57,231 bases of DNA from Octopus bimaculoides (Eukaryota), in assembly GCF_001194135.2 (NCBI RefSeq), contig NC_068999.1, forward strand, positions 16,904,417 to 16,961,647, written 5' to 3'. Below are positions 27,613 through 39,726 of this stretch, in pieces. Position 1 is the stretch's first letter. Each line of letters opens with the position of its first letter. The position numbers and the translations under genes are program-made. The notes below the pieces were generated by a model, which was not told the DNA's origin, did not search any database, and was given only the letters and a program-made list of their open reading frames with translations.

Positions 27613-27665
27613 TCGAAAAACACCTTAGGAATGAGAACGCAGGTTTGAAATTTCCCCAGGACACC
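26471..27665 (+). mobile_element. Penelope-like element (PLE): RT C-terminus plus GIY-YIG endonuclease pseudogene with terminal-repeat segments
   Basis: MNSIKPPIQFTIE...LAILD...TSVYHKPTFTGRYLNFNSHHP; GIAQCLKHRANNI; VCLPYVKGLSKKIQTICGPYDIRTVFK; DCVYSIPCSYGSLYKSET (GIY-YIG variant); RVVDHRKAV...SGIAGHVW...H...WDEVRII. An inverted repeat-segment pair lies at 26604-26647 and 27622-27665. Confidence 0.92.
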
Positions 27666-27965
27666 ATATATATATATATATGTATATATGTAAGTAAGTA
27701 TACATAAATCCCACTCAACATCCTCTTGAAGTACATCGGCTTCTTCTAGTATTACACTCCAGAACGTATTTGTTGTCGGTGTTGTATTGTCTTATGCTCT
27801 ATCCTAAGAATTTCTAATTAGAAATTTCTTCCATGTTTATCCAACATATTTATCTAACTATTCGTTTTCGCAAATGAAACATATGTTATGGTGAATAAAT
27901 AATAACAATAACATTTCCAGATTCCTGTTTTGATATCTATCCTTCTATAAATCTATGTATGTGTG

Positions 27966-27967
<2 letters not shown>

Positions 27968-28048
<81 letters not shown>

Positions 28049-28245
28049 GTCTATCGGTCTATTTTCATCATCAACGTCATCCTCTTTTCCTTTTCCTTCT
28101 TCTTCTTATTCTTCTTCTTTTTCTTCATCTTCTGAATCTGATTATCATCATCATCATTATTATTATTATTATTACTATTATTATTGCTGTTGTTGTTGTT
28201 GTTGTTATTATTATTATCATTATTATTATTATTATTCTCGTTTTC
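27968..28245. repeat. (CT)n plus (TCT)/(CAT)/(TAT)/(GTT) compound microsatellite
   Basis: Direct sequence. Confidence 0.95.
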
Positions 28246-28445
28246 ATCGTCTTCCTCTTCATTGTAAGAATCCTCGCGGAAGTTCATTAACAATAGGTTA
28301 TCTTCGTAATCACAATAACGAAATCTTTGTTTATATCTTCACTTACTTCACCGCTTTTCTTCTACTGTTATCCTTTTCATTATCATAGATTATGACTTTT
28401 AAGATTTCCATTAAAAACTACCGAACATCTTTCAAAAATGTAAAG

Positions 28446-28481
<36 letters not shown>

Positions 28482-29544
28482 AGGTATATGTATACATATA
28501 TGTATATATATATATATATACAAGCATATATCTGTATATTTATGCATGCATGTAGGTAGGTATATATATGTATATATATGCATACACATTTGCATATATA
28601 TATATATATTTATATATATCCATACGCATTTGTATGTATATCTAATGTTGAATTCTATAATGTAATTGTAATTATTTGCTGTCAGGTCTGTTTGTTTGCT
28701 CTCGCAATTTCCCTTGCTGTTATCAAGATAATCATTTGTGTCATTTTTCTACTTGGCTTTTCTTGTCATTTACATTTTATAAACGTACGTGAGATTTGAT
28801 TAATGAGTAGCGAAATAAATATTTGTACATAACGTCTGTTTTTCCTTTATATTCAATGGTCTGTTTTTTTCTTATATTTAAATACTTTCGTTTTGTAATA
28901 TCTCTACGTTCTTTCTAATTTTTTTTTTTTTTATTAGCTACTGATGAAGAACATTCTATTTAAGAATTATAATTAAATATTTAATCGAAATATCTCTTGG
29001 TTTTAATGTTAAATCCATTGCGCTATTTATAACAAGTAATGAGTAAATTCTTAATGTTTTTCAACCTACGACAACGTTAAAATTAAATTATTTCTGATGC
29101 TCATTAATTTATATGACATAAGTTTCGTGACAGTCGTATTAAAATATAAAAGTGTCTATATCACTTCTTACTATTTAGGTTTTTCATTTTCCTTCATTTG
29201 AATTCATTACAAAGCAAGTATGTCCACACATTTTTCATAATCAAATTTACTTATTTTATTCAAACTCTAGAATTATATATATAAGTTACGTGATGTGTCT
29301 AAAAGTACAACATGTAATGATTAAATTAGAACGCAATATAATTTATTATAATCATAAACTGCACCTAGAAAGACAGTCAATAGGACATAGGTAGTGACAG
29401 CATTTAAGCCTGTTGTTTCTAATACTAATACAATATAAATCCATATTATGTAATAAGACTACTACTACTACTACTACTAATGTTGCTGCAGCTGCTGCTA
29501 AAATTCAGGCTAAGATTACAAAATTTACGTTTATAGTTTGGGAA

Positions 29545-29745
29545 TTGCTCAAGGCGCCTGAGGAAAATTCAAAGTATCAACATCTCAGGACCTAGTGAGA
29601 GAGAGGAATAGATTGTGGAAGTCTGAAATGGCAATTATTCCTGTGGTCATTAATGGAATTTTCACAAGGCTCAAAAGGTTACCTAAGAGGGTGAAGGGTG
29701 AAGAATATTGGAATTCTGACATTCCTAGCACAGTCGTAAAGTTTG
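29545..29745 (+). mobile_element. R4/Dong-like RLE fragment
   Basis: EENSKYQHLR...RLWKSEMAIIPVVINGIFTRLKRLPK resembles EKxxKYxxL..EI.RLW....IIPVVIGALG. Confidence 0.55.
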
Positions 29746-29850
29746 AGAAATGGTATATAAGTGTTTGTATGTATACATGTGTATATATGTATACGTGTGT
29801 GTGTATGTGTGTGTGTGCGTGTGTGTGTGTGCGTGTGTGTGTATGTGTGT

Positions 29851-29898
<48 letters not shown>

Positions 29899-30322
29899 TA
29901 TGCGGCCGTAGAAGTTCGTAGAAGGGCACTTGGTCACTATACAAAACGCAAAGAAAACTTTCATAATAATAAAGAATATAAAATTCAGAATTGTCTGCAA
30001 CCATTATAGATTGCAGCACCACGTAGATTTCTGCTGTTAGTCTTTAAATTTACCTATTATGGAAATAGTGCATGAATGATTTATAGAAATATGTAGTTCA
30101 ACAAAGATAACTGAAATGATTAAAAAGGGGATGTGGGAAAGAGAATTTTTGGCATATTGTTGACGCATAATACATCTATTGTTTCATTGAAAATCTTTTA
30201 ATGTTGAGGACTATTCATAATCGTTTTAGATGATTGATTCGTAGATTCTCACGAATGCATGCATGCATCCATCCATCCATGTATGAATGACATATATATC
30301 TTTTATCTCGTATCGTTTACTT

Positions 30323-30500
30323 GCTTCAGTCATTAGACTGCGGCCATACTGGTGCACCAACATAAAGAATATTTAATCGAATGTATCGACCTAAGTAGTT
30401 ACTTTTCAGAAGCCTGTAACTTAATCTAACTTTTTTTTCTTGCTTAACCACTAAGTTACGGGGACATAAACACACCAGCATCGTTTGAACAATCGGTGGT
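30323..30500 (-). mobile_element. SINE family B, 3' half
   Basis: ttcagtcattagactgcggccatactgg and ctaagttacggggacataaacacaccagcatcg are reverse complements of the 19515-copy 3' half. Confidence 0.75.
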
Positions 30501-30596
30501 GGTTTGGGAAGACAAACGCAGACAAAAAAACACGCACACACACACACACAAACACACTCACACACACACATGTGTGTATCTATGTGTGCGTGTATA

Positions 30597-31178
30597 CGAG
30601 GGGAAATCAAAAATTATCCGCACTTTCACTTTAACATATCTCTATGGCCTTCTGCGTCACACTGCTTTCTGCGCATGAGTGCTTATAGTTGGTAGTAGTG
30701 AGGTCACATGATCGAAGTGTAAGCCGGATCTCGCCGTTTTTCTTTCTGGATTCACAGTGTAATCATGACCGCTCCAATAGCAAGGATCTGATTTCTCTGG
30801 GGACAGTGCACTACCGCGCAGACGTGTGTATGAATGGATCGAGAATTTTAAAAGTGGCCTGACAGGAGTGACGCTCGAAGGGAGAGTGGGACGCCTGTCA
30901 ACCTCCACCACTGTCGAGAAGATGCAGCAAGCTAGTAATGGTGAACCGGTTCGCCATTACCATATCTCGGAACACTGTTCTTTGTTCTTCTGCCGTGCAC
31001 ATTGCTAGTGGAACGGTCATGCTAGCATTCTAAAGCCAAAAAGAAAAATGGTGCGATCAGGCTCAAACGCCGATCATGTGACCACAATAGTGCTAACTAT
31101 AAGCACGCATGCGCAGAAGGCAGTTTGACAATAACAAATAAATGTTATGATGAAAGTTCGGATGATTTTTTACTTCCC

Positions 31179-31182
<4 letters not shown>
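30597..31182. mobile_element. mariner-derived foldback element made of two inverted 5' ends, TA-flanked
   Basis: TA|cgaggggaaatcaaaaattatccgcacttt versus reverse complement TA|tgaagggaagtaaaaaatcatccgaacttt. The ~180-bp arms each include the transposase ATG. The left arm continues into the HTH (YEWIENFKSG...GRVGRLSTSTT). Confidence 0.82.

Positions 31183-31248
<66 letters not shown>
31183..31248. repeat. (TA)n microsatellite abutting the mariner terminus
   Basis: Direct sequence. Confidence 0.95.
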
Positions 31249-31249
<1 letters not shown>

Positions 31250-31252
<3 letters not shown>

Positions 31253-31392
31253 ACAGGCTTCTTTCAGTTTCCGTCTACCAAATTCACTCAGAAGGCTTGA
31301 ATCAGCCCGAGAGTATAAACGGAAGAAATTTGAGCAAGATACCACGCAGGAGGACCAAACACGGAACCATATGGCTGGGAAACTAGTATGTT
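31250..31392 (-). mobile_element. SINE family B, 5' half
   Basis: cgacaggcttctttcagtttccgtctaccaaattcact..aaggctt is the reverse complement of the family-B core. Confidence 0.75.
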
Positions 31393-32374
31393 ACCACACA
31401 GGGATGTATAGATAGTGACTTAAAAGCTACGCTCAGCGAAGCTATCGTTGGACAGTTTATTAGTGAGTTACCTGGCCGAAACTTCGAAGTCATTTTCAAT
31501 ACTTGTTAAAAAACAATAAATTTATACTTTACCAAAACTAATAATTAATCCTTCAAGTATATACCGATATTTATTTATATATATGAATGTATGTATGTAT
31601 GTAGGCAGGCAGACAAAGAAGTAGGTAGTATGTAGGTAGGTATATGCAATTCAGTGCTTTTCACATACAGAAACACTTGAGTCCACTAGCTTCCACAAAG
31701 TGTTTCTTAAAATATCTCCAACAATGAGTGAGTTCGTACGAAGTTATTGTAAAATGCGTGCGCTTAATTGTTTGTATGCTTGTGTCAAAGTGTAAATGAG
31801 TAGGTGGGATTGTGTAAAAGATTTAAAGTGATTGAGCCACGGTATTGACGAGTTTCCTCGTGTGTCTTCCAGAGACCATCGAAATCATAAGTGCTGTACC
31901 TAGCGAAAATCTCTTCAAGCTTTAATGAGATTTACAACTTCTAGTAGGAAAGAATATTCCACTCATAAGAAACACATATGTATGTTCCTTCGACTGAAGC
32001 TAATAATTATTTATACAAGGTCGATATGATGACGTAAAACAATACGGTTGAAGATATGATTCATACCAGTAAATTAGGCGGGATGTGTGCGGTAGATAAC
32101 GGGATGTAAATGCAAAACCATCTATAAGTAGGTTGACTGATATAAGATGTTAAGGAGCGGCTTCTAACGTATTAAAGGAGTTCAAAATTTTTATCCTGTA
32201 ATTTGATAATTTGATACAAAATAAACAGCTGCTACCAGGGTGTGTGTGTGTGTGTGTGTATGTGTGTGTGTGTGTGTGTGTGGTTGTGTGTGTGTGTGTA
32301 TGTGTGTGTGTGCGTACGTATGTGTGTTTATACTATTCACTTGTATGTTCAAATACATACATATGTATCTACAC

Positions 32375-32540
32375 CTTTGGTGTGGCTGTGTGGTTAGAAG
32401 CTTGCTTCCTAGCCACATGGTTCGGGGTTCAGTCCCACTGCATGACACCTTGGGCCAGTTTCTTCAACTATAGTCTCGGCCCCACCAAAGCCTTGAGTGT
32501 AGATATGGTAGACGGAATCTGAAAGAAGCCCGTCATATAT
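32375..32540 (+). mobile_element. SINE family B, 5' half, running into a gap
   Basis: gtggctgtgtggttagaagcttgcttcct.gccacatggttcggggttcagtcccactgc...caccttggg...ctgaaagaagcccgtc; matching 3' remnant after the gap at 32721-32755. Confidence 0.88.
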
Positions 32541-32799
32541 NNNNNNNNNNNNNNNNNNNNNNNNNNNNNNNNNNNNNNNNNNNNNNNNNNNNNNNNNNNN
32601 NNNNNNNNNNNNNNNNNNNNNNNNNNNNNNNNNNNNNNNNNNNNNNNNNNNNNNNNNNNNNNNNNNNNNNNNNNNNNNNNNNNNNNNNNNNNNNNNNNNN
32701 NNNNNNNNNNNNNNNNNNNNNAATAAGCGCTAGGCTTACAAAGAAGGAGTCCTGCTCTTAAGCTGCTGTTCCATAAATGATTGAAACAACTAACATTTT

Positions 32800-33009
32800 T
32801 TCTACTCTAGGCACAAGGCCTGAAATTTTTGGGGAGGGGGCCAGTCGAGTACATCGCTCTCAGTACGCAACTGGTACTTAATTTATCTACCCAGAACAGA
32901 CGAAAAGCAGAGTCACCCCGACGGAATTTGAACTGAGAACGTAAAGACAGACGAAATACCTCTAAGCATTTCGTCCGGCGTGCTAACATTTCTGTCAGCT
33001 CGCCGCCTT
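32800..33009 (-). mobile_element. tRNA-derived SINE family A, near full length
   Basis: Minus strand: aggcggcgagctgacagaaatgttagcacgccgg (A-box region)...cagttcaaattcc (B-box)...ccttgtgcctagagtagaa. Confidence 0.9.
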
Positions 33010-34002
33010 GAAAGAAACAAAAGAATAAAAGAAATATGGCTATCGTCCCTCTATATCATGTTATCGTCACTGCATGTCAAAATCCTTAATGAAATTTCTT
33101 AATGTATCATATAAATGTAAATTTTGACGCTGAATCCAAATTCGTTATTAATTTATTCCAGAAAATTTTGCGAAAATCTTACAGGTGTTCAAAGATTGAT
33201 AATTTTTCAGAATTTTCAGCTAATCAGAAAAGAGCGCGTTCGCTGCCTCTTCCATCATCTGTTATAGCAGCGAGGTGGAGTGGGGCGCACCGGTATTTCG
33301 AAACATTAAACTAGCTACAGTAAACATTGAAAGACATTAAAATATACACGAGCAAAGTAAACAGAATAAAAAGTGAAAAACATTAAAACATACACTAGCA
33401 AATTAAATATTTAAAAGCTACGAGCAAATCAACAGGAGTTGCAAGAAATAACAGTCAAAACATTGCTTAAAACAAACAGTTAATTGTGAAAAAACTGAAG
33501 AACGAAAGTTTGCAATACACTCTAGGATTTTGTTGAATAAACTATCTTTCTCATACCTCCTTCGCATAAATTCACAAAGATAAGTGTCAACCATGGAACG
33601 GTGTTTCCCACATCGGAGTTAGTCTCCACGCTCTAAAGAGACTCAGGTACTTTCATTTTGGTCATTACACTCAATTTGGTGACCACACTCATTGTGCGAA
33701 TGCGTAGTATATTTGGTTACTATGGAAACAGAGTTCTTCGCAATCAGCTATGGAATACGTGGTGCTTCTTTGCTTATTATGCTAACAGAATTTCACGGTG
33801 ATGTGCTAAAGTAACCAAATTTGGCCAATATACACACATTTTGCAAATTTTTAAGACTAATAACTTTTTAATTATGAAATTATAGGAAAATATAATTTCA
33901 TTTTCATAATTAGTATACAAAGCTTAATCGATATACCAAATTCGAAGACAATTTGAACAAAATTGTATTCAGTGAAGATAACCATAAAGATCCAAAATAT
34001 GA

Positions 34003-34037
<35 letters not shown>

Positions 34038-34047
34038 NNNNNNNNNN

Positions 34048-34079
<32 letters not shown>

Positions 34080-34555
34080 ATAAGTTGGAGTTAACAAGAA
34101 AGAATAGAAAGGAAAATTTATTTGTAATCATTATAATTGTTTCCACGTTACGTAGTTCTCGAGGATGGCAAGTAATTCGTTGTGTAACCATTTCCGTGCA
34201 TTATGAGACCTTGCGTTACATCAGGTGATATATAAGTATTGTCTCTGTGTTACGTAAACTCAAATGTTCGACTTCGACCGCTTCCCTTCCGACTCTTGTG
34301 GCTGTGTAAGACAGACCGAAGAAGGGGCATATATGTCCTTTTTTAATTTTTAATTACTGATATGACATAATATGTCATATGTGTTTGTATATTGTTTTTA
34401 TTCTCNNNNNNNNNNNNNNNNNNNNNNNNNNNNNNNNNNNNNNNNNNNNNNNNNNNNNNNNNNNNCCTCTTAGTTGAAAAATAAACAGGTAAATTGACAT
34501 AATACAATGTCTGCAAGTTGATGAGTACCACATATTCCCTTCCATTTTCTTATTG

Positions 34556-34588
<33 letters not shown>

Positions 34589-34591
<3 letters not shown>

Positions 34592-35352
34592 GGTGCAGTG
34601 AATATATTGGTGTATAAATTACGTAGGAATTAAAATAACTCTGACATCTCATTTTTAACAGATATATTTTACCAAAATTACATGAAAATATCTTGAAATA
34701 CTAAAGAGTGAATTTAATCAATTAAATCGCCATTGGCTTCAAATACCAGTTGAGTTCGGAATATCTTGCAACTCTTCTGGACGGTCTCCTAGTCCACCTC
34801 GGTGCATGCTGCCATAATCCTTCAGTTCATCTCTGGTGTTACAAGGAGTTTTAGTGGTCTCTCGCTCAACTGCGCCCCACACATCAATAATCAAGTGGGT
34901 TGCATTCTGGGGAGTGAGATGGCCTAATATTAGGATTGATATGGTCGCAGAAATTGTCTGACAGCTGTGATTGGCTCCTCCTGACTTTGTGGCATGGTGG
35001 AGAGTCCTGTTGCCTGACATAGTGTCATCCAGCAGCCACCTTCTGACCCATGGCAGCCAGGCAATTGACGTAAGCCTCCGTATTGAGTCTGATGAATGGA
35101 TCCATAACTTCGCCATCACTAGTAATCACTTCAAAGACCATGATGCTGATTGGAGGTTTGACTTTTATCGCTCTCAGTGCATGTTTTGGGGACACAGCTA
35201 GCAAAAGGTTGCTCAGTGTGTTCACCATCTGTTCATATTGGAGCTTCCGGCACGGATGCCAAGCTGTACAGAATGTCGTTTCCAAATTTCTGGCACAGTG
35301 AATTGCGTCATGGTACTCTTTTTTCTCACAGGCGGTGCCTAACTGTACCTAC
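34589..35352 (-). mobile_element. Internally deleted Tc1/mariner-superfamily DD37D (maT-type) transposon
   Basis: N-terminus MTQFTVPEIWKRHSVQLGIRAGSS (ATG at 35311) is joined to ISIMVFEVITSDGEVM...RLNTEAY and an in-frame QQDSPPCH...SPECNPLDY with exactly 37 residues between the two Asp. TA|cagggtgc terminus at 34587. Confidence 0.85.
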
Positions 35353-35479
35353 TATATGTGCATGCGTAAAATTAAAAGTATAACATCGCGACAATTTACC
35401 CATCGTACGCTGCATATACACGCTTACGTGTATAAATACACACACACAGAGACACACACACACACAGGCAGACAGACAC

Positions 35480-35536
<57 letters not shown>

Positions 35537-35548
35537 TATATATGTATA

Positions 35549-35765
35549 TGATAGGGTGCTGAAAAGTTCCTGGTTCCAAAGGTTTTGTAAAAGACCTGGT
35601 TGTTTGCCCAAATTCCGAGCTCTTTTATAGGACTTAGGAAAACTTAAGGACTGCTGCAATAAATGTGTGATTCTCAGAGAGGAATATTTTAAAATAAAAC
35701 CATGATTAACTGATTCTCCTGCATTTGCTATTACCGAAAGCCAAGAACATGTCAGCAACCCCTCT
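35549..35765. mobile_element. mariner-type MITE, TA-flanked
   Basis: Left gggtgctgaaaagttcctgg versus reverse complement of right ggggttgctgacatgttcttgg; no ORF. Confidence 0.7.
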
Positions 35766-36339
35766 TACACACACACTTGCACGCTCACACGTACACACAC
35801 ACACTTGCACGCTCACACGTACACACACACACACACACACACGCACACACACACACACACACACACATACTGATTTTTGTTGTTATTTATGCGAGCGAGT
35901 CAGTGTGTGTGTGTGTGTGTATGTGGCCGTGTATGAGTTTGTGTGTATTTGTATTTGTGTATGTGTGTGTTTGTTTGTGTGTGTATATATGTGTATGTGT
36001 GCGTGTGTGTATGTGTGTTTGTTTGTGTGTGTGTATGTGTGTGTGTGTGTGTACGTGCGTATGATTGTAATGCTGTGATTTTTGCTTTTCATTGATGTTA
36101 TCTTTTTTACGTTTTTAATTAAATTTTTATTTACCGAATGCCGATCTAATTGAAAAGAAACAAGTGTGACGACAGAATAATAAATGTCACAGCGAATTTG
36201 ATCATTTCTCAAAGAATATTGTTCCAGACGAATTTTATCATTTCCAAATATGTTTTATTTTAAAGACTTTTTTTTAATAAACATGATGTAGTGAGTGAAT
36301 TCTAACAATCATTTCCATTTTTGGTAAATATCCACATAG

Positions 36340-36490
36340 TCAATACCCTCGACCCCAGTACGTGAATGGTACATTCTGTTTTGTTTTTTTTTCTATTTCA
36401 TGAGGCTTAAAGGCAATGCTCACTTCCATGGGATTTGAATTGAGAACGTAATGAACTGGAAGAATAACAGTAAGTCAACATTCCCGACTC
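36340..36490 (-). mobile_element. SINE family A, decayed
   Basis: tcgaccccagtacgtgaatggtac...gggatttgaattgagaacgtaa. Confidence 0.55.
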
Positions 36491-36497
36491 CCGAGAG

Positions 36498-36724
36498 CAG
36501 TAGTTCTCAACCGGGATTCATATCAGCTTTTGTTGTTGAAATTTCTGTACAAGAAATCGAGTACAATATACAAAATACTTTAAAACAAAATTTTAAACAA
36601 TTCTTTATGATATTTAATTATGAAAATACAAGAGGATTTTCTTAAACATCGAATGACTCTGGAGGTCCAGTCGAGTAAAATAGGAATGAAAAATTGTTCG
36701 ACAAAAATTGTTCGAGAACTACTG
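36498..36724. mobile_element. hAT (Charlie-type) MITE, 227 bp
   Basis: TIR cagtagttctc...gagaactactg (11/11). Flanking 8-mers cccgagag and ctctggag are both near the Charlie target consensus nTCTAGAn. Confidence 0.65.
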
Positions 36725-37364
36725 CTCTGGAGTGTAAGCTAGATCACTTCTCTTGTGTATTACAGTATTAAAAACAAGCTTACATCTACGTTTCTTCAGA
36801 TTCAGCTGAAGATTTTTAATTATATAATCTAGATAATATAATTAACAATCTGGATTAAGATAAGATTAAAGCTAATATAATATGTCGAAAGCTCACTGGA
36901 TAAAAAAAAAATTCAAATTTAAAAATATAAGAATAATACAATGTACAGAAGAATCTGAGAGATTATTCTAATGGATATAAAAAAAAGTAGAAGAGTAGCT
37001 TCCCAGCACATGATTCAGGGAGTTCAGAACTTGGGTAATCTGATATAAAGTAAACAGCAGCTGCCCGGGTTTCCCCACAGGAACATATATGTATAAATAC
37101 ATACATATATTTTTTTAAGACTGCAGTCAGAAACTTGAGCGTGATATCCAATTTAATGCTAAACCAATGGGGCAAATGTTACACATAGAAACCTGCGCGG
37201 GCGCACTTATACACAAGCAGGCGTACGCTTCACACACACAAAAACATCCACCTACGTAAATATAAAAACAAGTATTTATAACTTGACATATATATATATA
37301 TACATACATACATACATACAAACATATACACATATATATACATATACAAAAATATATATGCATG

Positions 37365-37422
<58 letters not shown>

Positions 37423-37529
37423 AGCACATAAAACATACACATGGATATATAAATGTGTATGCGTGAGTGTTTGGGATTTCGTGAGAGTCTGTGAGAGTTT
37501 TGGGGTTTATAAATTTGTCTCCCTCTTTC

Positions 37530-37562
<33 letters not shown>

Positions 37563-38232
37563 ATACACAAACACACATTCACGCATACATATCGCACAAT
37601 ATTGTGTGTGATCAGACCATTGCGTGACATTTTGTTTTATATTTCCAACCTTTTATTTATTTTCATTCACTGAGGTTTAAATGAGCCAAATAGAAGAAGA
37701 TAGACAAAACAAGACAACAACAATCTCTTCATTTCTGAAAGACCAGATGTGAAATGTTTTCGATGCAAATATTTAAGGATCTAGACGTAGTGAATGAACT
37801 CTCAGTACCGAAACTTTATTTATTTATATATATATATTTCTTTATTTACTGTTATTTATAGTAAATCTCTTATGTATGCACCGGTCCGGTGTGTTGCAAA
37901 GTTACAACTCACACTGCAGTAGTCCTTCGTACCAGACTGTGAGACTATTTGATCTCGCCTATTTCTGTTGCTTCTACCAATATCATGAAAACATAAAACT
38001 CCACCAGTAACTAGTGTTTTTGTTCGTCTCAAAACATCATATGGTTTTTCACCTCAAGGATTGCATATCATGTTGCAGGTTTTGCACAGTAGTACATGGA
38101 ATATAACACAATATAAACAAAATGGAACAGATGTAAAATGATACACACAGATACAGACACACACATACACACACACTCACAGAAACACACATACATCGGC
38201 GTATAGGGGTGTGCACACACGCGTCTGTGTGT

Positions 38233-38293
<61 letters not shown>

Positions 38294-38431
38294 CGTGTGC
38301 GCGCACACGTGCGCTCAGAAGCATATGGTCATATTCATATACAGATACTCACTCATGCATATAAACATACATATATTTTTACATATATGTGTCTGTGTGT
38401 GTGTGTTTGTTTGGTGTGTCTGTGTTCCCGC

Positions 38432-38472
<41 letters not shown>

Positions 38473-38485
38473 NNNNNNNNNNNNN

Positions 38486-38527
<42 letters not shown>

Positions 38528-39204
38528 CTAACAAAACTGTCCGATGAACGGGAACGTGAAACTCCGATTAACGGTTTTTTGTTATGTTTCTGCTGCCTTT
38601 AAATAAAGCATATTACTCTACCTCTGGTATTTGAGTACTCCTTTTTCCACCTTGTTGGACATTTATGTGCTTACTTCGGTATATATATATATATATATAT
38701 ATAGATATATATATATAAATGGATCAATAGAGAGATAGATATATTAATCGACCGATAGATAGATAACCAGTATGTGTGCATGTGTGCTTAAAAGAAAATG
38801 CCATCGTCGAGCATTCTGCATGCTCTAGACACAGACGGCTGACGCATATATTTATAGTATAGTGATTTATAGTAAGATGAAGTGAAAAACTTAAGGATCC
38901 GAGTGTAGGGGGTTTGTAAACTTCAAGCAGTAAGCGTCCAGTAGAGAGGACAAGAAATACTCGCAATTTATAGGCATCGAGAGCTATACAGCTCTTCTCG
39001 TATCGGAGACGGAAAAAAATTGATATGCTGATAATTTCTATAAAGCTCACTGTTAGCAACTAATGTTGCTGAAAATGCGAATAAATTATCAGATTATTGA
39101 AGTAAAACTTCACACTCGCTTCGTTGCACTGAATTTACCCTTCTCTCGAAATTGCTGGCCTCGTGTCGAACTTTCAAACAGTTATTATTATTATTATTAT
39201 TATT

Positions 39205-39725
39205 GAGTGAGAATGCAGTGCATGCCATCAAAATGGCACTGGGGTAAAATATACGAAACCCAGTATACCCATAATGACTACCCGTCTGAGTACACCAGGT
39301 GCATGCATCACAACAATATGTGCACAACATGGTGATCTCATATCAAGATGAACAGTGCACGACCTTGCAAGTGCGGCCCAGTCAGAATTTTCTTCAGCCC
39401 ACTCAGCTTAAAAGGTCCCTGAATAAGAATTGTTTAAGGACGTTGAACGAAACATCCCTATTTCCAAAGATGAATTTTTCAAATTCCAACGAATTTCTTT
39501 CAATACATGGAAATGATGCTCCCCCACTACTTCTGCTCATGATCAGAGATGCACATATCGTCAGCCACTAAGGAACATGCTCAACTAGATAAGGTCAAAC
39601 AATTGACAAGCAAATCTGTGGTATTGAGCAGAATATTTGCTGTATCCCATCTTTTACACCAAGACAAAATATGTACATAACACTTCCAATCAATTAAGAT
39701 CAGAATCAATGAAAGCCAGTGCCGT

Positions 39726-39726
<1 letters not shown>
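39205..39726 (-). mobile_element. Non-coding 522-bp insert bracketed by (TAA)n; candidate non-autonomous retroelement
   Basis: A GC-richer island with sharp edges sits between (tta)n at 39182-39204 and (tat)n at 39727-39760. No RT/EN frame, no TIRs, no tRNA boxes seen. Strand inferred from the (AAT)n orientation of the Dong copies. Confidence 0.55.

Noticed and set aside
34360-34380. Palindrome atatgacata-a-tatgtcatat
   Set aside because: AT-rich 10-bp arms next to a gap; plausible by chance or slippage.
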